This document shows, piece after piece, positions 8,019 through 17,369 of a DNA stretch of 50,541 nucleotides. Position 1 is the first letter of the stretch. Every line of letters starts with the position of its first letter. Source of the stretch: a virus (taxonomy: Duplodnaviria; Caudoviricetes); IMG/VR virus record IMGVR_UViG_3300049926_000017, positions 1 to 50,541 of that record; one strand, 5' to 3'. Below the pieces are notes generated by a model that had not been told where the DNA came from, made no database searches, and saw only the letters and a list, made by a program, of their open reading frames with translations. The position numbers and the translations under genes were made by a program.

Positions 8019-8192
8019 TTGGACTGCGAGTACGACGGGACGCTGTTGCCTGAGCGCAACGGCGTCCCCGACGCTTGCCCGACATGCGAGCAAGACCTGC
8101 TCGAACATCAGCGTGAGTGCTGGGCGTGCCGGAATGCGCCGACCCTACCCGAAACCATCAACCCGAACAGCCTCTTGGAGGGCTTGACATGA
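8019..8192 (+). CDS. Small Cys-rich protein (57 aa)
   Basis: TTG start; CPTC and CWAC; fills the gap and ends in an ATGA overlap. Confidence 0.5.
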   Translation: MDCEYDGTLLPERNGVPDACPTCEQDLLEHQRECWACRNAPTLPETINPNSLLEGLT

Positions 8193-8560
8193 CCTACCCG
8201 TTCCTCTCGGAAACCGTGAACGTCGCCAGTGACGGCGTCGTGACGCGCAGCATGGACGTTCCCCACGAGGCGGCCAACATCCCCTGCGGCCAGTTCCTCC
8301 GCACGCGGACCGACCCCGTCAACGGTGGCGAGTACAAGGTCTACTGCAAGAAGCGCGTCGGGCACGACGTCGCCAAGGACGAGACGCAGCACATGGCCGT
8401 TGACACCCGCGTCATCGCTGCCCCGCGTCGCGTCGTCCACTCTGCTCGGTTCGCGCCGAGCGGCATCCCGGCTGGCGTGGACCAGAACGCCGTCACCATC
8501 CCGCACGACTGCGCGAACCACCTGCCCGACACCGAGAAGGTCCTGCGCCGTGGCTGGTAG
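8189..8560 (+). CDS. Hypothetical protein
   Basis: RBS GGAGG; C..C..H..H motif. Confidence 0.75.
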   Translation: MTYPFLSETVNVASDGVVTRSMDVPHEAANIPCGQFLRTRTDPVNGGEYKVYCKKRVGHDVAKDETQHMAVDTRVIAAPRRVVHSARFAPSGIPAGVDQNAVTIPHDCANHLPDTEKVLRRGW

Positions 8561-8861
8561 GGGCCTGACCGTCATCGACAAGGTCGGTCAGTGGCATGAG
8601 GCATACACCGCCATCCTTGCCGAACTGAGCCCGCCTGAACTCGACGAAGCCTACGGGCTCCTCGTCGCAACCAAGGTGCAGGGCGAGGGCACCGGCATCC
8701 TCGAACTCGACATGCAGGCATACGCCGCACGGGTCAACGCCGCGATGGCGATGGCCCGCCTCACCGCAGCCAACCGCCGAGCCGCCGCAACCGTGGCCGC
8801 CCTGCTCACCGCGACGGGGATCAAGCCCGCCGACATCGCCTACGGAGACGAACTCGAATGA
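8550..8861 (+). CDS. Hypothetical protein
   Basis: Operon packing and codon usage; start uncertain. Confidence 0.65.
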   Translation: MAGRGLTVIDKVGQWHEAYTAILAELSPPELDEAYGLLVATKVQGEGTGILELDMQAYAARVNAAMAMARLTAANRRAAATVAALLTATGIKPADIAYGDELE

Positions 8862-9139
8862 GCATCACCATCACGCTCGAAGCAACCCGGCTGAAGTGCC
8901 CGGAGTGCGACGCGCTGCTCGAAGAGGGCGCCGAGAATGACCTCGGCCGCCTGTACGAGTGTTCGTCGTGCGGTCAGGTAGACGAGGAGCGCCGCTGCGA
9001 CTCGTGCAACCTGTTCAAGGCGCGAGCCGAGGGTGGTGCCTGCCCGGAGTGTGACGGCCACATCGAGGACCCGGACGGCAACATGGTCCCGGTCATCGAG
9101 TGCGTCTGCCACGACGACATCCACGAGGTAAACGCGTGA
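8858..9139 (+). CDS. Multi Zn-ribbon protein
   Basis: Five CxxC/CxC motifs. Confidence 0.75.
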   Translation: MSITITLEATRLKCPECDALLEEGAENDLGRLYECSSCGQVDEERRCDSCNLFKARAEGGACPECDGHIEDPDGNMVPVIECVCHDDIHEVNA

Positions 9140-9534
9140 GCAACCGCGACTCCTTCGTGCTCAAACTCATGAAGACGAAGGGCATGTCGCTCGAAGAGGC
9201 GGAAGCCTTCGTCGAGGACCTCGACATCCCCGAGGCTCCGACCGGTCCGGCCGCTCGTCCCATCAATCAGGGCGCGTGGAACGCCGGTGACGCCGTCATG
9301 GTCCGCTCGGCCCATGGCGAAGGTGAGCGTGCGGTGTCCGCCCGCTTCAGCGTCGCCAGCAAGGGGCAGGACGGGCTCGACGCCGTTCAGGCTCAGGCAG
9401 TGGCTCAGGGCCGAACCCTGTGCCCGAACTGCCAGCACCCCGAGGACGACCACTTGCCCGGCTGCTCGCGCATCCCGGGTATGGGTTCGGACGCCAAGGC
9501 CCGCACCAAGGGCGCCCTACCGGCGGCAACGTGA
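9136..9534 (+). CDS. Hypothetical protein with CxxC..H..C finger
   Basis: GTGA coupling, RBS GAGG. Confidence 0.7.
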   Translation: MSNRDSFVLKLMKTKGMSLEEAEAFVEDLDIPEAPTGPAARPINQGAWNAGDAVMVRSAHGEGERAVSARFSVASKGQDGLDAVQAQAVAQGRTLCPNCQHPEDDHLPGCSRIPGMGSDAKARTKGALPAAT

Positions 9535-9974
9535 GCGGCCTCACGCTACTCGCTGTCGGTGGCCCGAAGCACGGCGAGCAACTCCCCTACAAGGACGGCC
9601 AGACACGCCTCAACGTGCCGAGCCTGCCCGACCTGCGGGTACAGGTCGTCAGTCACTGGGACGCGCCGTCTCGGTACTGCGTTCATGGCGGCGACGTCAT
9701 CAGCCGGTACGACGGCGACCGGCACTTCGTGTCGGCTGACGCAGTCGCTCGCCTGTACGGCCTCGCTCCTCGTGAGTGGCGTCGTGCTGACCAGCGCATG
9801 CCCGGCACCCACCCGAACACCGGCTACTGCCTGCGGCCCGAGTACAACGGCACGTATCGGCGAATGGACCTCATGCCCCTCGGCGTGACAAGCACCGCCC
9901 TGAGCATCGGGTACGTCGTCTACGAGCGCCGCGTCGTCTCCGACCGCGCGGTGTGGTTCTACGTTGGCTCGTAA
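9531..9974 (+). CDS. Hypothetical protein
   Basis: GTGA coupling; GGPxHG N-terminal motif. Confidence 0.7.
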   Translation: MSGLTLLAVGGPKHGEQLPYKDGQTRLNVPSLPDLRVQVVSHWDAPSRYCVHGGDVISRYDGDRHFVSADAVARLYGLAPREWRRADQRMPGTHPNTGYCLRPEYNGTYRRMDLMPLGVTSTALSIGYVVYERRVVSDRAVWFYVGS

Positions 9975-10236
9975 GACCGCGAGCGGCATCGGCGACGGGG
10001 ACACGTGCCCCGTTGACCGATCCCACGGACAGATGAACGTGCTGACCGGTAATCAGCGCCAGTACTGCCCCGATCAGAGCCACGACGGCGTCTGGTCGGA
10101 CCCGAAGACGCACCTGCCAAGGACCCGTAACTTGTGGCCCCTGCAGTTCTTCGACCGTGCCGTGCTGCAGTACAATGACCAGAACAACGTGGAGGCCATT
10201 GCGGCACTCCCCGAACTCGACATGGAGGGCTTCTAA
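9964..10236 (+). CDS. Hypothetical protein (CP..H..YCP..H)
   Basis: Operon packing. Confidence 0.7.
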   Translation: MARKTASGIGDGDTCPVDRSHGQMNVLTGNQRQYCPDQSHDGVWSDPKTHLPRTRNLWPLQFFDRAVLQYNDQNNVEAIAALPELDMEGF

Positions 10237-10442
10237 TGCCAGAGACATACGGCGTGCCCGAGCCGGAACCGACGAAGGTCAAACAGGCGCAGAGCGTCCT
10301 GAACGAGGTCGTTGCGGGTCAGTCAGTCGTGCGAACGGTGGCGCTCTATGCTCTCGCCGCGCTGCTGGTGCTCACTCCGGTGGCCCCGCTCGCCATCGTC
10401 CCCCTCATCCTGCTGCTCGCCAGCGACGGACGTCTGTCATGA
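10236..10442 (+). CDS. Small membrane protein
   Basis: Long hydrophobic stretch; TAATG coupling, RBS GGAGG. Confidence 0.7.
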   Translation: MPETYGVPEPEPTKVKQAQSVLNEVVAGQSVVRTVALYALAALLVLTPVAPLAIVPLILLLASDGRLS

Positions 10443-10867
10443 CGGACGAGAAGCCGCCCGTCTGCGACATCGGCCCGGCGCCCCTGCCGCCCGAGAACGA
10501 GGTCATCGAGTCGGACGTCGTTGACCCGGTGAACTACGACATCGAGGTCGGCCCGGAGAAGGTCGCTCCCGTCATCACCGGCGGCGAGGGCTACGGTGTC
10601 GTCCGTCGGCGCCACCTGCTCGTGCTAATCCCGCTGCCCGAGTACCTGAAGGACAAGGAGCACCCCGAGAAGGGCATCGACTTCCTCCTGCAGGGACAGA
10701 TGCTCGAAAGCGACATCCGCGTCGCCATGGCACAGGCCGCCCGCAAGTTGGACGACACCGCCTCGAAGTACCGGGTCACCGGCTACGACTGGGACCTCGA
10801 AGACATCCAGTACGACATCCCGTCGCCGCGAACGGTCATGGCGACGCTGGTCATCGAGCGTGAGTAG
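10439..10867 (+). CDS. Hypothetical protein
   Basis: ATGA coupling. Confidence 0.7.
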   Translation: MTDEKPPVCDIGPAPLPPENEVIESDVVDPVNYDIEVGPEKVAPVITGGEGYGVVRRRHLLVLIPLPEYLKDKEHPEKGIDFLLQGQMLESDIRVAMAQAARKLDDTASKYRVTGYDWDLEDIQYDIPSPRTVMATLVIERE

Positions 10868-11132
10868 CCCTCGCTGCACGCAGCGGGACCATACGCCCTT
10901 CGGCTGGGGCGACCACATCCGGTGGCAACACGAGCGCGCCTTCCCGGGCTGCATTCCTGACAACGGTGCCCGCTACTCCGAGGCCCTTCGTGGGGCCAAT
11001 CGTCGGCGACGTAAGACGTACCAGACGTGGCTTGACCTACGCTGGTCCGTCCGATGGCAACTCATGCTCATGTACGGCCAACTAGGGCTGAGGTATGACG
11101 ACTTCTCCCGACTCAGCGTGACCTCGGTATGA
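10860..11132 (+). CDS. Hypothetical protein
   Basis: Fills the gap with overlaps at both ends. Confidence 0.5.
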   Translation: MSSPRCTQRDHTPFGWGDHIRWQHERAFPGCIPDNGARYSEALRGANRRRRKTYQTWLDLRWSVRWQLMLMYGQLGLRYDDFSRLSVTSV

Positions 11133-12199
11133 GCGGCCCGGCCAACGCCACCCTCAATGGGGACGGCTTCCGCTTCTACCAGTGGCAGGACGCGGGCAGC
11201 GAGGACGTCTACAACCTCCTGTCCGTGACCTCGATCCGCAAACTCTGCGGCGAGAACTTCGGCCTCGTGAACTGGCAGTTGAACAACGTCATCGACACGG
11301 TCATGGGGACCGTGAAGCGGCCGAAGCCCGGCAAGCGGGTGGCCTTCCTGAAGAACCAGTTCATCTACGTCCCCGAGGCGGTCCCGTCCGAGTTCATCGG
11401 CAAGTACCTGACGGCAGCCGTGGACGACACGCTCTCGGTCGAGCAGGCTGCGGTCCTCCGCAAGTGGCTCCGCGAGACGGCAGACGAGCCCCGTAACATC
11501 GCTGCCCGGCGTGGAACCATCGTCCACGCTGCCATCGAGAAGAACATCGCTTGGGACCGCATCGAGCGGCCGTGGGTCGAGGCCGAGTTCAACAGCCTGT
11601 CCGCCAAGGACAAGGCAGCGGCGCCGGGCGGCGTCAAGGACGAGGACATCGAGTTCGTCCGCGACGCGGTCCGCCAGTACTTCGACATGCGGGCGACGGT
11701 CCCGTTCGTCATCATCGCCCGGGAGCCGCAGGTCTTCAACCTCACTCTCGGGTACGGCGGCAGTGCCGACACCATCATCTGGTTCCTGCCCGAGGGCGTG
11801 GACATCCGCAGCGTGCCGAAGGCGCACCTAATCACGCTCAACGACGTGGCCCGCATCGGTGGGTTCCTCGCCGTCGGGGACTGGAAGACGTCCAAGGGCG
11901 TGTTCACGGACCACGTGGTTCAGGTCCATGCCTACGGGGCTGGCGAGTTCGTCGGCGCCGACGGGCTCCGCAACCACCGCCTGACCGAACTGCTGCAGGC
12001 CACGACCAAGGGCGTCATCGTTCACATCCGGCCGACAGGCTGGGGTGTGCATGTGTTCCCGTTCACGGAAGAGGTCTTCCATGGCTTCGAGGGCAGCGTC
12101 GCCTTCGCCCGACTGTTGGCGAAGTACCCGAGGGCGAGCGCGCTCTTCGAGGAGAACTACACCGGGGGCTTCACTGACCTCGACGAGGAGGAAGAATGA
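11129..12199 (+). CDS. PD-(D/E)XK (Cas4/RecB-like) exonuclease
   Basis: SVT, RGTIVHAAIE, GYGGSAD, GDWKTS, QVHAY motifs. Confidence 0.85.
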   Translation: MSGPANATLNGDGFRFYQWQDAGSEDVYNLLSVTSIRKLCGENFGLVNWQLNNVIDTVMGTVKRPKPGKRVAFLKNQFIYVPEAVPSEFIGKYLTAAVDDTLSVEQAAVLRKWLRETADEPRNIAARRGTIVHAAIEKNIAWDRIERPWVEAEFNSLSAKDKAAAPGGVKDEDIEFVRDAVRQYFDMRATVPFVIIAREPQVFNLTLGYGGSADTIIWFLPEGVDIRSVPKAHLITLNDVARIGGFLAVGDWKTSKGVFTDHVVQVHAYGAGEFVGADGLRNHRLTELLQATTKGVIVHIRPTGWGVHVFPFTEEVFHGFEGSVAFARLLAKYPRASALFEENYTGGFTDLDEEEE

Positions 12200-12324
12200 G
12201 GCGCTGGCTTGACATCGCTGGTATGTTGGTATTCGGAGCAGTACTGGCCGTCGTCATCGTGACGCTGGCCCCGCTGCTCCTCGTCTACATCACGTACTCC
12301 AACATGAAGGAGAGCACCCTGTGA
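12196..12324 (+). CDS. Small membrane peptide (42 aa)
   Basis: RBS GGAGG; coupled at both ends; hydrophobic. Confidence 0.6.
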   Translation: MRRWLDIAGMLVFGAVLAVVIVTLAPLLLVYITYSNMKESTL

Positions 12325-12905
12325 GCGTCCTGCAGGACATGACCAAGGACATCGTCGAGAACGGCATCATGTCCCGCAAAGCGTCCAAGGCGTCGAAGTT
12401 GACGCCGGTCGCTGGCGAGACGGGCATGACGGTCGCTCAGGCTGCGGTCCTTCCGAACGACATCGGCCTGTTCATGTCGAACGAGGCCATCACCATCCAC
12501 GCTCAGGCCCTACGCAAGTTCGCGTCTGACGCCATCATCATCGCCGACGGGCTCGATGCCATGGTCGGTGAGTCGTCCGCTCCAAAGGTGGACGAGAAGA
12601 AAGCCGCCGTCGAGGCGAAGGTCACTGCCGAGAAGGCAGCCGACGCTCGCATCGCCGCCGAGGAAGAGGCGACCGGGGAGTCATTCTCCGACCGCATGAA
12701 GCGCCTGACCGCCTCGGCTCAGGCATCCGCATTCAAGGCCGCCGACGATGGCGGCTCAGAGAATGAAGCCGACGGCGACGCCGAGGCGACCAGCGGTTGG
12801 GAGTGCCCCGAGCACGGGGACCTGAACCTGACCACACTCACCCCTCGCAAGGGCGAGCCGTACCTCATGTGCGGCATCGGCGACTGCGAACAGTTCGAGC
12901 AGTAG
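12321..12905 (+). CDS. Hypothetical protein with C-terminal Zn finger
   Basis: CPEHG...CGIGDC; RBS AAGGAG. Confidence 0.75.
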   Translation: MSVLQDMTKDIVENGIMSRKASKASKLTPVAGETGMTVAQAAVLPNDIGLFMSNEAITIHAQALRKFASDAIIIADGLDAMVGESSAPKVDEKKAAVEAKVTAEKAADARIAAEEEATGESFSDRMKRLTASAQASAFKAADDGGSENEADGDAEATSGWECPEHGDLNLTTLTPRKGEPYLMCGIGDCEQFEQ

Positions 12906-12914
12906 GAGCAGACC

Positions 12915-13571
12915 ATGAGTCGGCACACATTCCGGGCGGCCGTTGCGACCGTCCTCCTCGTCGTCGGTCTGGCGTTCGCCGGATCGGCTCAGGCCGCCCC
13001 GTCGGCCAACGCCGGGCAGTGCCCCGGCGCCACCACCATCGGCAACACGCCGACCTCTGACGGCAGCATCGTCCTCGACGCTGGCCTGTCCGTCTGCATC
13101 CATGCCGGGAACGGCAACACCGGCACGTTCGTCACAGACGGAACGTCCACCCTCGCGGACTACATCCTCGCCTCCGGCCTCCTGAACGAGGGCGGACAGG
13201 TCCCGAACGTCAGCAACTACGTCATCTACGAGGAGGAAGCATCATCTTCGCCAAGTTCCGAGCCTTCGTCCGAGCCGTCATCGACGCCTTCCTCGTCGCC
13301 GACCTCGACTCCCAGCCCCTCGTCCGAGCCGACCCCGAGCGAGTCGCCGAGTCCCAGCGCGACACCTACCTCGACACCCTCCTCGCCGACGCCCAGCGTC
13401 TCGACCGGACCGGCCCTGACACCGCCTCCTACGGACACGGCAAGTGCTCCTTCGGGTGCTGCGACTGACGACGGACTGGCGAGTGCCATCCTCGGCATCG
13501 GCCTGACCGTCGGCCTCATGGCCGCCCTCAACCACTGGCTCTACGGCGACCGTCGCCGCAGTCGCCTCTAA
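12915..13571 (+). CDS. Secreted surface-anchored protein (signal peptide, S/P/T linker, PPTDT sorting-like signal)
   Basis: AQA cleavage site, SP/TP repeats, TPPPTDT then a TM helix and RRRSRL tail. Confidence 0.8.
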   Translation: MSRHTFRAAVATVLLVVGLAFAGSAQAAPSANAGQCPGATTIGNTPTSDGSIVLDAGLSVCIHAGNGNTGTFVTDGTSTLADYILASGLLNEGGQVPNVSNYVIYEEEASSSPSSEPSSEPSSTPSSSPTSTPSPSSEPTPSESPSPSATPTSTPSSPTPSVSTGPALTPPPTDTASAPSGAATDDGLASAILGIGLTVGLMAALNHWLYGDRRRSRL

Positions 13572-13575
13572 CTCA

Positions 13576-13591
13576 CGGGGCTTCGGCCCCG
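13576..13591 (+). terminator. UUCG hairpin after the surface-protein gene
   Basis: CGGGGC-TTCG-GCCCCG, no U tract. Confidence 0.45.
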
Positions 13592-13678
13592 GATCGCCCT
13601 GCCGTAGTGCCCCCGAGGACTCGGACACCCGCCTGACCAGCGGGGACGGCAGGGCATAACCCACACAGGAGAGACACC

Positions 13679-13987
13679 ATGGGACCGACCGACACCATTC
13701 CACCCGAGGCGCAGGCCCTCGCCGAAGCGCAGGCCGAGAAGGACCGTGAGTTCCTTGCCGACCTCCGCAAGAAGCAGGTCAGCGAGGTCATCCTCGACGA
13801 GACTTCCACCGCCGAGAACGTGGCCGCTGCCATCCGCCAGCCCATGAACAGGGCCGAGCGCCGAGCGCAGGTCAAGCAGTACGCCACTATCCTCGCCTAC
13901 GGCAACCGACAGCGGCCGGTCATCAACCCCACCATCATCCCGAAGGCGGACCGCCGCCTGCGCAAGAGGAGCAAGCATGCCCACTGA
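13679..13987 (+). CDS. Hypothetical protein
   Basis: RBS CAGGAG; MNRAERR motif. Confidence 0.75.
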   Translation: MGPTDTIPPEAQALAEAQAEKDREFLADLRKKQVSEVILDETSTAENVAAAIRQPMNRAERRAQVKQYATILAYGNRQRPVINPTIIPKADRRLRKRSKHAH

Positions 13988-14288
13988 CGGCGGTAACGGC
14001 GTCGCCCGCTACGACATCAACGACCCGAAGGACATGGCGGCGCTGATCGCGACCGGCATCATCTGGCGGGGCGGCCCGGAGGTCTTCGCCAAGGCGACGG
14101 AGTACCTGCGAGCCCACCCCGAGGCCGTCAACGACAAGGTACCCGCCAGTGTCATCGCTGCGTTGGCGCCAGCGCCAGACGCAGGGGCCGCCCTGCCCGC
14201 CGAGCCTGCCGACGGGACACCGGCGCCAGTTGACGTTCCCGACGCCTCTCAGGCCGTCCTAGGGGCTGACAATGCGCCGACTGCCTAA
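13977..14288 (+). CDS. Hypothetical protein
   Basis: RBS GAGGAG. Confidence 0.75.
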   Translation: MPTDGGNGVARYDINDPKDMAALIATGIIWRGGPEVFAKATEYLRAHPEAVNDKVPASVIAALAPAPDAGAALPAEPADGTPAPVDVPDASQAVLGADNAPTA

Positions 14289-14616
14289 GTTCATCCGCAT
14301 CGCCGGGCTGAAGCACGGCATCGGGAAGGTCCGCAACCTCTCCATCGCCGCCGACGACGGCGTTGCCGACGAGCACCTTCACCGGTGCTACGGCACCTTC
14401 GAGCCCGGTGGGCCGCTCATCTGGCTCGACGCCGAGAACGGGCCGGAGCGCGACAAGGCGACGCTGGTCCACGAGGTCCTGCACGCCGTCATCAGCACCG
14501 CCCACATTGACATCGACAACGACACGGAGGAGACGCTGGTCAGCCGCATGTCGCCGCTCGTCCTCGACTTCATCCGCGCCAACCGTGGCGCCATCGCCTT
14601 CCTGCAGGAGTCCTGA
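14272..14616 (+). CDS. Small HExxH zinc metallopeptidase-like protein
   Basis: TLVHEVLHA with downstream EE. Confidence 0.8.
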   Translation: MRRLPKFIRIAGLKHGIGKVRNLSIAADDGVADEHLHRCYGTFEPGGPLIWLDAENGPERDKATLVHEVLHAVISTAHIDIDNDTEETLVSRMSPLVLDFIRANRGAIAFLQES

Positions 14617-14617
14617 C

Positions 14618-15235
14618 GTGACGCTCTGCACCTGCGACGCCCAGTTGCAGCCCCACGACCGAATGGAGAACGCCTGCGTGACACGCAACAACCCGCTCGA
14701 CGAGAGCGCATCGTGGCTTAGGGGGGACTGGATGCAACTGCACTCCATGCGCCGCTTCTACCCGATGGACCCTCGCGCCGAGGACATCGACCCGGAGGAC
14801 ATCGCCCACGCTTTGTCGCTCCTCTGCCGCTACGGCGGGCACATCGACCGCTTCTACTCGGTCGCCGAGCACTGCGTCCTCATGAGCCAGATCGTGGCCC
14901 CTGAGCACGCCCTGCACGCTCTACTGCACGACGCCACCGAGGCGTATGTCGTGGACGTGCCCCGGCCCCTGAAGCGGTACCTCTCCGACTACAAGGCCAT
15001 CGAGGCGTCGGTCTGGCTCGCCATCGCCGAGCGGTTCGGCATCGACCCGGTCCTGCCGGACGACGTCAACGACGCTGACACCCGCATCCTGCTCAACGAG
15101 ACGGCCGTGCTCATGCCCGGTGCCGGTGGTTGGGCCTCGACGCAGGGCCTCACCCCGCTGCCCGTCCACGTGACCGGGTGGCTGCCAGCACAGGCCAAGG
15201 TCGAGTACCTTCGCCGCCTCGCCGAGTTGACGTGA
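14618..15235 (+). CDS. HD-domain 5'-deoxynucleotidase (YfbR/YfdR-like)
   Basis: IAHALS..CRYGGH..YSVAEH..LLHDATEAY..D. Confidence 0.9.
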   Translation: MTLCTCDAQLQPHDRMENACVTRNNPLDESASWLRGDWMQLHSMRRFYPMDPRAEDIDPEDIAHALSLLCRYGGHIDRFYSVAEHCVLMSQIVAPEHALHALLHDATEAYVVDVPRPLKRYLSDYKAIEASVWLAIAERFGIDPVLPDDVNDADTRILLNETAVLMPGAGGWASTQGLTPLPVHVTGWLPAQAKVEYLRRLAELT

Positions 15236-15453
15236 GCCGTTACGGCGGCACCGTCGCCCTGCAGTACGAAGGGCCGGACAAGATTGAGCCCGAGAACCTT
15301 CTATCCAGTTTCGCAAACGGCGCCGACCGCCTCCTGCGGAACTACATCGAGTCGTGCGTCGCGCTCGGGCTCGACAGGTCCACCACCAGCCTGCACCTTG
15401 ACTACGACCACGGCAAGGGCCAGTACACCATGTCGTGGGAGGCATCCAAGTGA
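15232..15453 (+). CDS. Hypothetical protein
   Basis: GTGA coupling at both ends. Confidence 0.6.
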   Translation: MSRYGGTVALQYEGPDKIEPENLLSSFANGADRLLRNYIESCVALGLDRSTTSLHLDYDHGKGQYTMSWEASK

Positions 15454-16262
15454 ACATCGCACTCGTGGGACGCATGGGCTCTGGCAAGAGCACCGTCGCC
15501 CAACTGCTGCAGCGCCGGGGCTACGAGCGACACTCGTGGGCCGACGGCGTGCGCGACATCTTCAGCATGGCCTACGAGGTCATCACCCCGGCGAACTACG
15601 CCGAGGTCAAGGCGACCAACTACAAGGTCTTCGAGCACGGCACGGCCAAGTGGCGGACCGGCCGTGACTTGCTGCAGCGCATCGGTACCGACGCCATGCG
15701 CGCCAACGTGGACGAGGCGTTCTGGCTGAAGGCCGGGCTCCGTCGCATCGGCGACGTCCCGACCGTCAACGACGACACCCGCTTCATGAACGAGGCTGCC
15801 GCCCTGCGCGACCTCGGGTTCACCATCATCCGCATCACCCGGCCGGGCGTTGACCGGGAGGACCTGCACCCGAGCGAGACGGAGCAGACCAGCATCGTCG
15901 CCGACTTCGAGTTGTGGAACAACGGCACTATTGACGACCTTGACTACGCCATCGGGAACATCCTTGCCAGAGGCGACTCTCCCGCCTCTGGCAGGGTGAC
16001 CCGAGTGGCGACCTCCGTCGTGCCAGAGGAGGACATCGAGGAACTCGTCTTCGGTGGCAGCGTCTTCGCCGTCGGTCACGAGGTCGTCAGCGAGGAGTGG
16101 GGCACCGGTGACGGCGACGACATCTACGCTCTGCTCGGCAACCGGTTCGCTGTCGCCAACGTGAGCAGTCGTGGCGTATGGCCGCCGGACACTCGGGTCA
16201 ACGGGTTCCTGACCTGCTGCGGGCAGTCCGAGCACCCCATCGACTGCCCCCAGTGGAGGTAG
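15450..16262 (+). CDS. Deoxynucleoside monophosphate kinase with C-terminal extension
   Basis: GRMGSGKST P-loop, RDLLQRIGTD, DDTRFMNE, HPSE. Confidence 0.9.
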   Translation: MNIALVGRMGSGKSTVAQLLQRRGYERHSWADGVRDIFSMAYEVITPANYAEVKATNYKVFEHGTAKWRTGRDLLQRIGTDAMRANVDEAFWLKAGLRRIGDVPTVNDDTRFMNEAAALRDLGFTIIRITRPGVDREDLHPSETEQTSIVADFELWNNGTIDDLDYAIGNILARGDSPASGRVTRVATSVVPEEDIEELVFGGSVFAVGHEVVSEEWGTGDGDDIYALLGNRFAVANVSSRGVWPPDTRVNGFLTCCGQSEHPIDCPQWR

Positions 16263-16441
16263 TCGAGTTCAACAAGGAGGAGCCGCTCACGCAAGTGATC
16301 GGCCGTCTCTGCCGCGAGGCCAACGCGGACATCGTCATCCCCTTCGACTGCGCTGACCCGCACGTCAACTTCGAGGTCAAGGGCTACTTCGTGATCCCCG
16401 ACCAGAGCGCATGGAAGTGGGTTGCCGACCGTGGCGCGTAG
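16253..16441 (+). CDS. Hypothetical protein
   Basis: Operon packing and codon usage. Confidence 0.55.
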   Translation: MEVVEFNKEEPLTQVIGRLCREANADIVIPFDCADPHVNFEVKGYFVIPDQSAWKWVADRGA

Positions 16442-16739
16442 GCAACACAAGCACTGGGACTTGGACCACCCGTTCTACAACCGGGCGCCGTGGTGCCGGT
16501 TCCCCACCATAAAGGCGTGCGACGAGAACTGGACCCAGTTCCAGCACGGACACCTTGGGCGGCCCTGCGTGAAGCAGTACCAGCCCTCGAAGACCAAGCG
16601 TGGAGCGACGAACAGTATCGCCACCTGCGTCATCATCGACCACGCTGAAGTCGGCGAGTCCTTCAAGCAGAACCTCGACCGACAACTCGCGGCGGCACCG
16701 CCGTCGTACAATGAGAGTCTCGCCCGCAAGGGCACATAG
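16431..16739 (+). CDS. Hypothetical protein
   Basis: Operon packing. Confidence 0.6.
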   Translation: MARRQHKHWDLDHPFYNRAPWCRFPTIKACDENWTQFQHGHLGRPCVKQYQPSKTKRGATNSIATCVIIDHAEVGESFKQNLDRQLAAAPPSYNESLARKGT

Positions 16740-16751
16740 AAAGGAGGGCAT

Positions 16752-17057
16752 ATGCCCTACGTTGACGGGAAGCGCATCAGCAATCAGGAGTGGAGCGACC
16801 GCTTCTCTTCGCTCCGGCAGTTCCCCACAGGCCCGAACGGTGAGAACCCGGCCGAGCCGCCCGAACTCGACGCCGAAACCAAGGCGCCCAAGTCGGAGAA
16901 GAAGGCTGGCTCGAAGCGCAGCAAGAACTCCGGCAAGAAGGTAACGGACGCAATCGCCGACGCCACCGGCGCCGCCGTTGCGGACCTCCCCGACATCACC
17001 GGCCTCGACGCCGAGCCGGAGACGACCGAGGCCGAGGTCACCAGTGACCCCGACTGA
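16752..17057 (+). CDS. Hypothetical low-complexity protein
   Basis: RBS AAGGAGG. Confidence 0.75.
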   Translation: MPYVDGKRISNQEWSDRFSSLRQFPTGPNGENPAEPPELDAETKAPKSEKKAGSKRSKNSGKKVTDAIADATGAAVADLPDITGLDAEPETTEAEVTSDPD

Positions 17058-17367
17058 CATCCTCGACAAGGCGGACTCCATCCTCCACGGTGAGCCCGCA
17101 CGCATCATCGGGTACGGCGCCGCCGTGCTCATCTACCTCGTGGCGAAGGCCAGCGGCAACATCGCCGACCAGACCCCCGAACAGGCTCTCGTGAGCGCAG
17201 GGGCGGGCATCGTGTCCGTCGTCAGCGTCATCGAGACAATCCGGCACTTCGTCTACTCGAAGCCGACCGTCGAAGTTCTCGTCGAGAACGCGGCCGACAC
17301 GGGTGACACCGAGGTCCCGGCTCCCCCGGCCAACGACGTCGTCCCGACGGACGGCGACTCCACCTAG
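17044..17367 (+). CDS. Holin-like two-TM membrane protein
   Basis: EPA..TM1..TM2..RHFV pattern resembles holins of monoderm phages. Confidence 0.55.
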   Translation: MTPTDILDKADSILHGEPARIIGYGAAVLIYLVAKASGNIADQTPEQALVSAGAGIVSVVSVIETIRHFVYSKPTVEVLVENAADTGDTEVPAPPANDVVPTDGDST

Positions 17368-17369
17368 CA

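Noticed and set aside
11129-12199. Cas4 of a CRISPR system
   Set aside because: Stand-alone phage PD-(D/E)XK exonuclease; no Fe-S cysteine set, array or other cas genes
13240-13400. Short tandem DNA repeats
   Set aside because: Explained by the Ser/Pro/Thr linker coding sequence
13596-13655. Hammerhead ribozyme
   Set aside because: CTGACCA lies in a hairpin loop, and the CUGAnGA and GAAA core is missing
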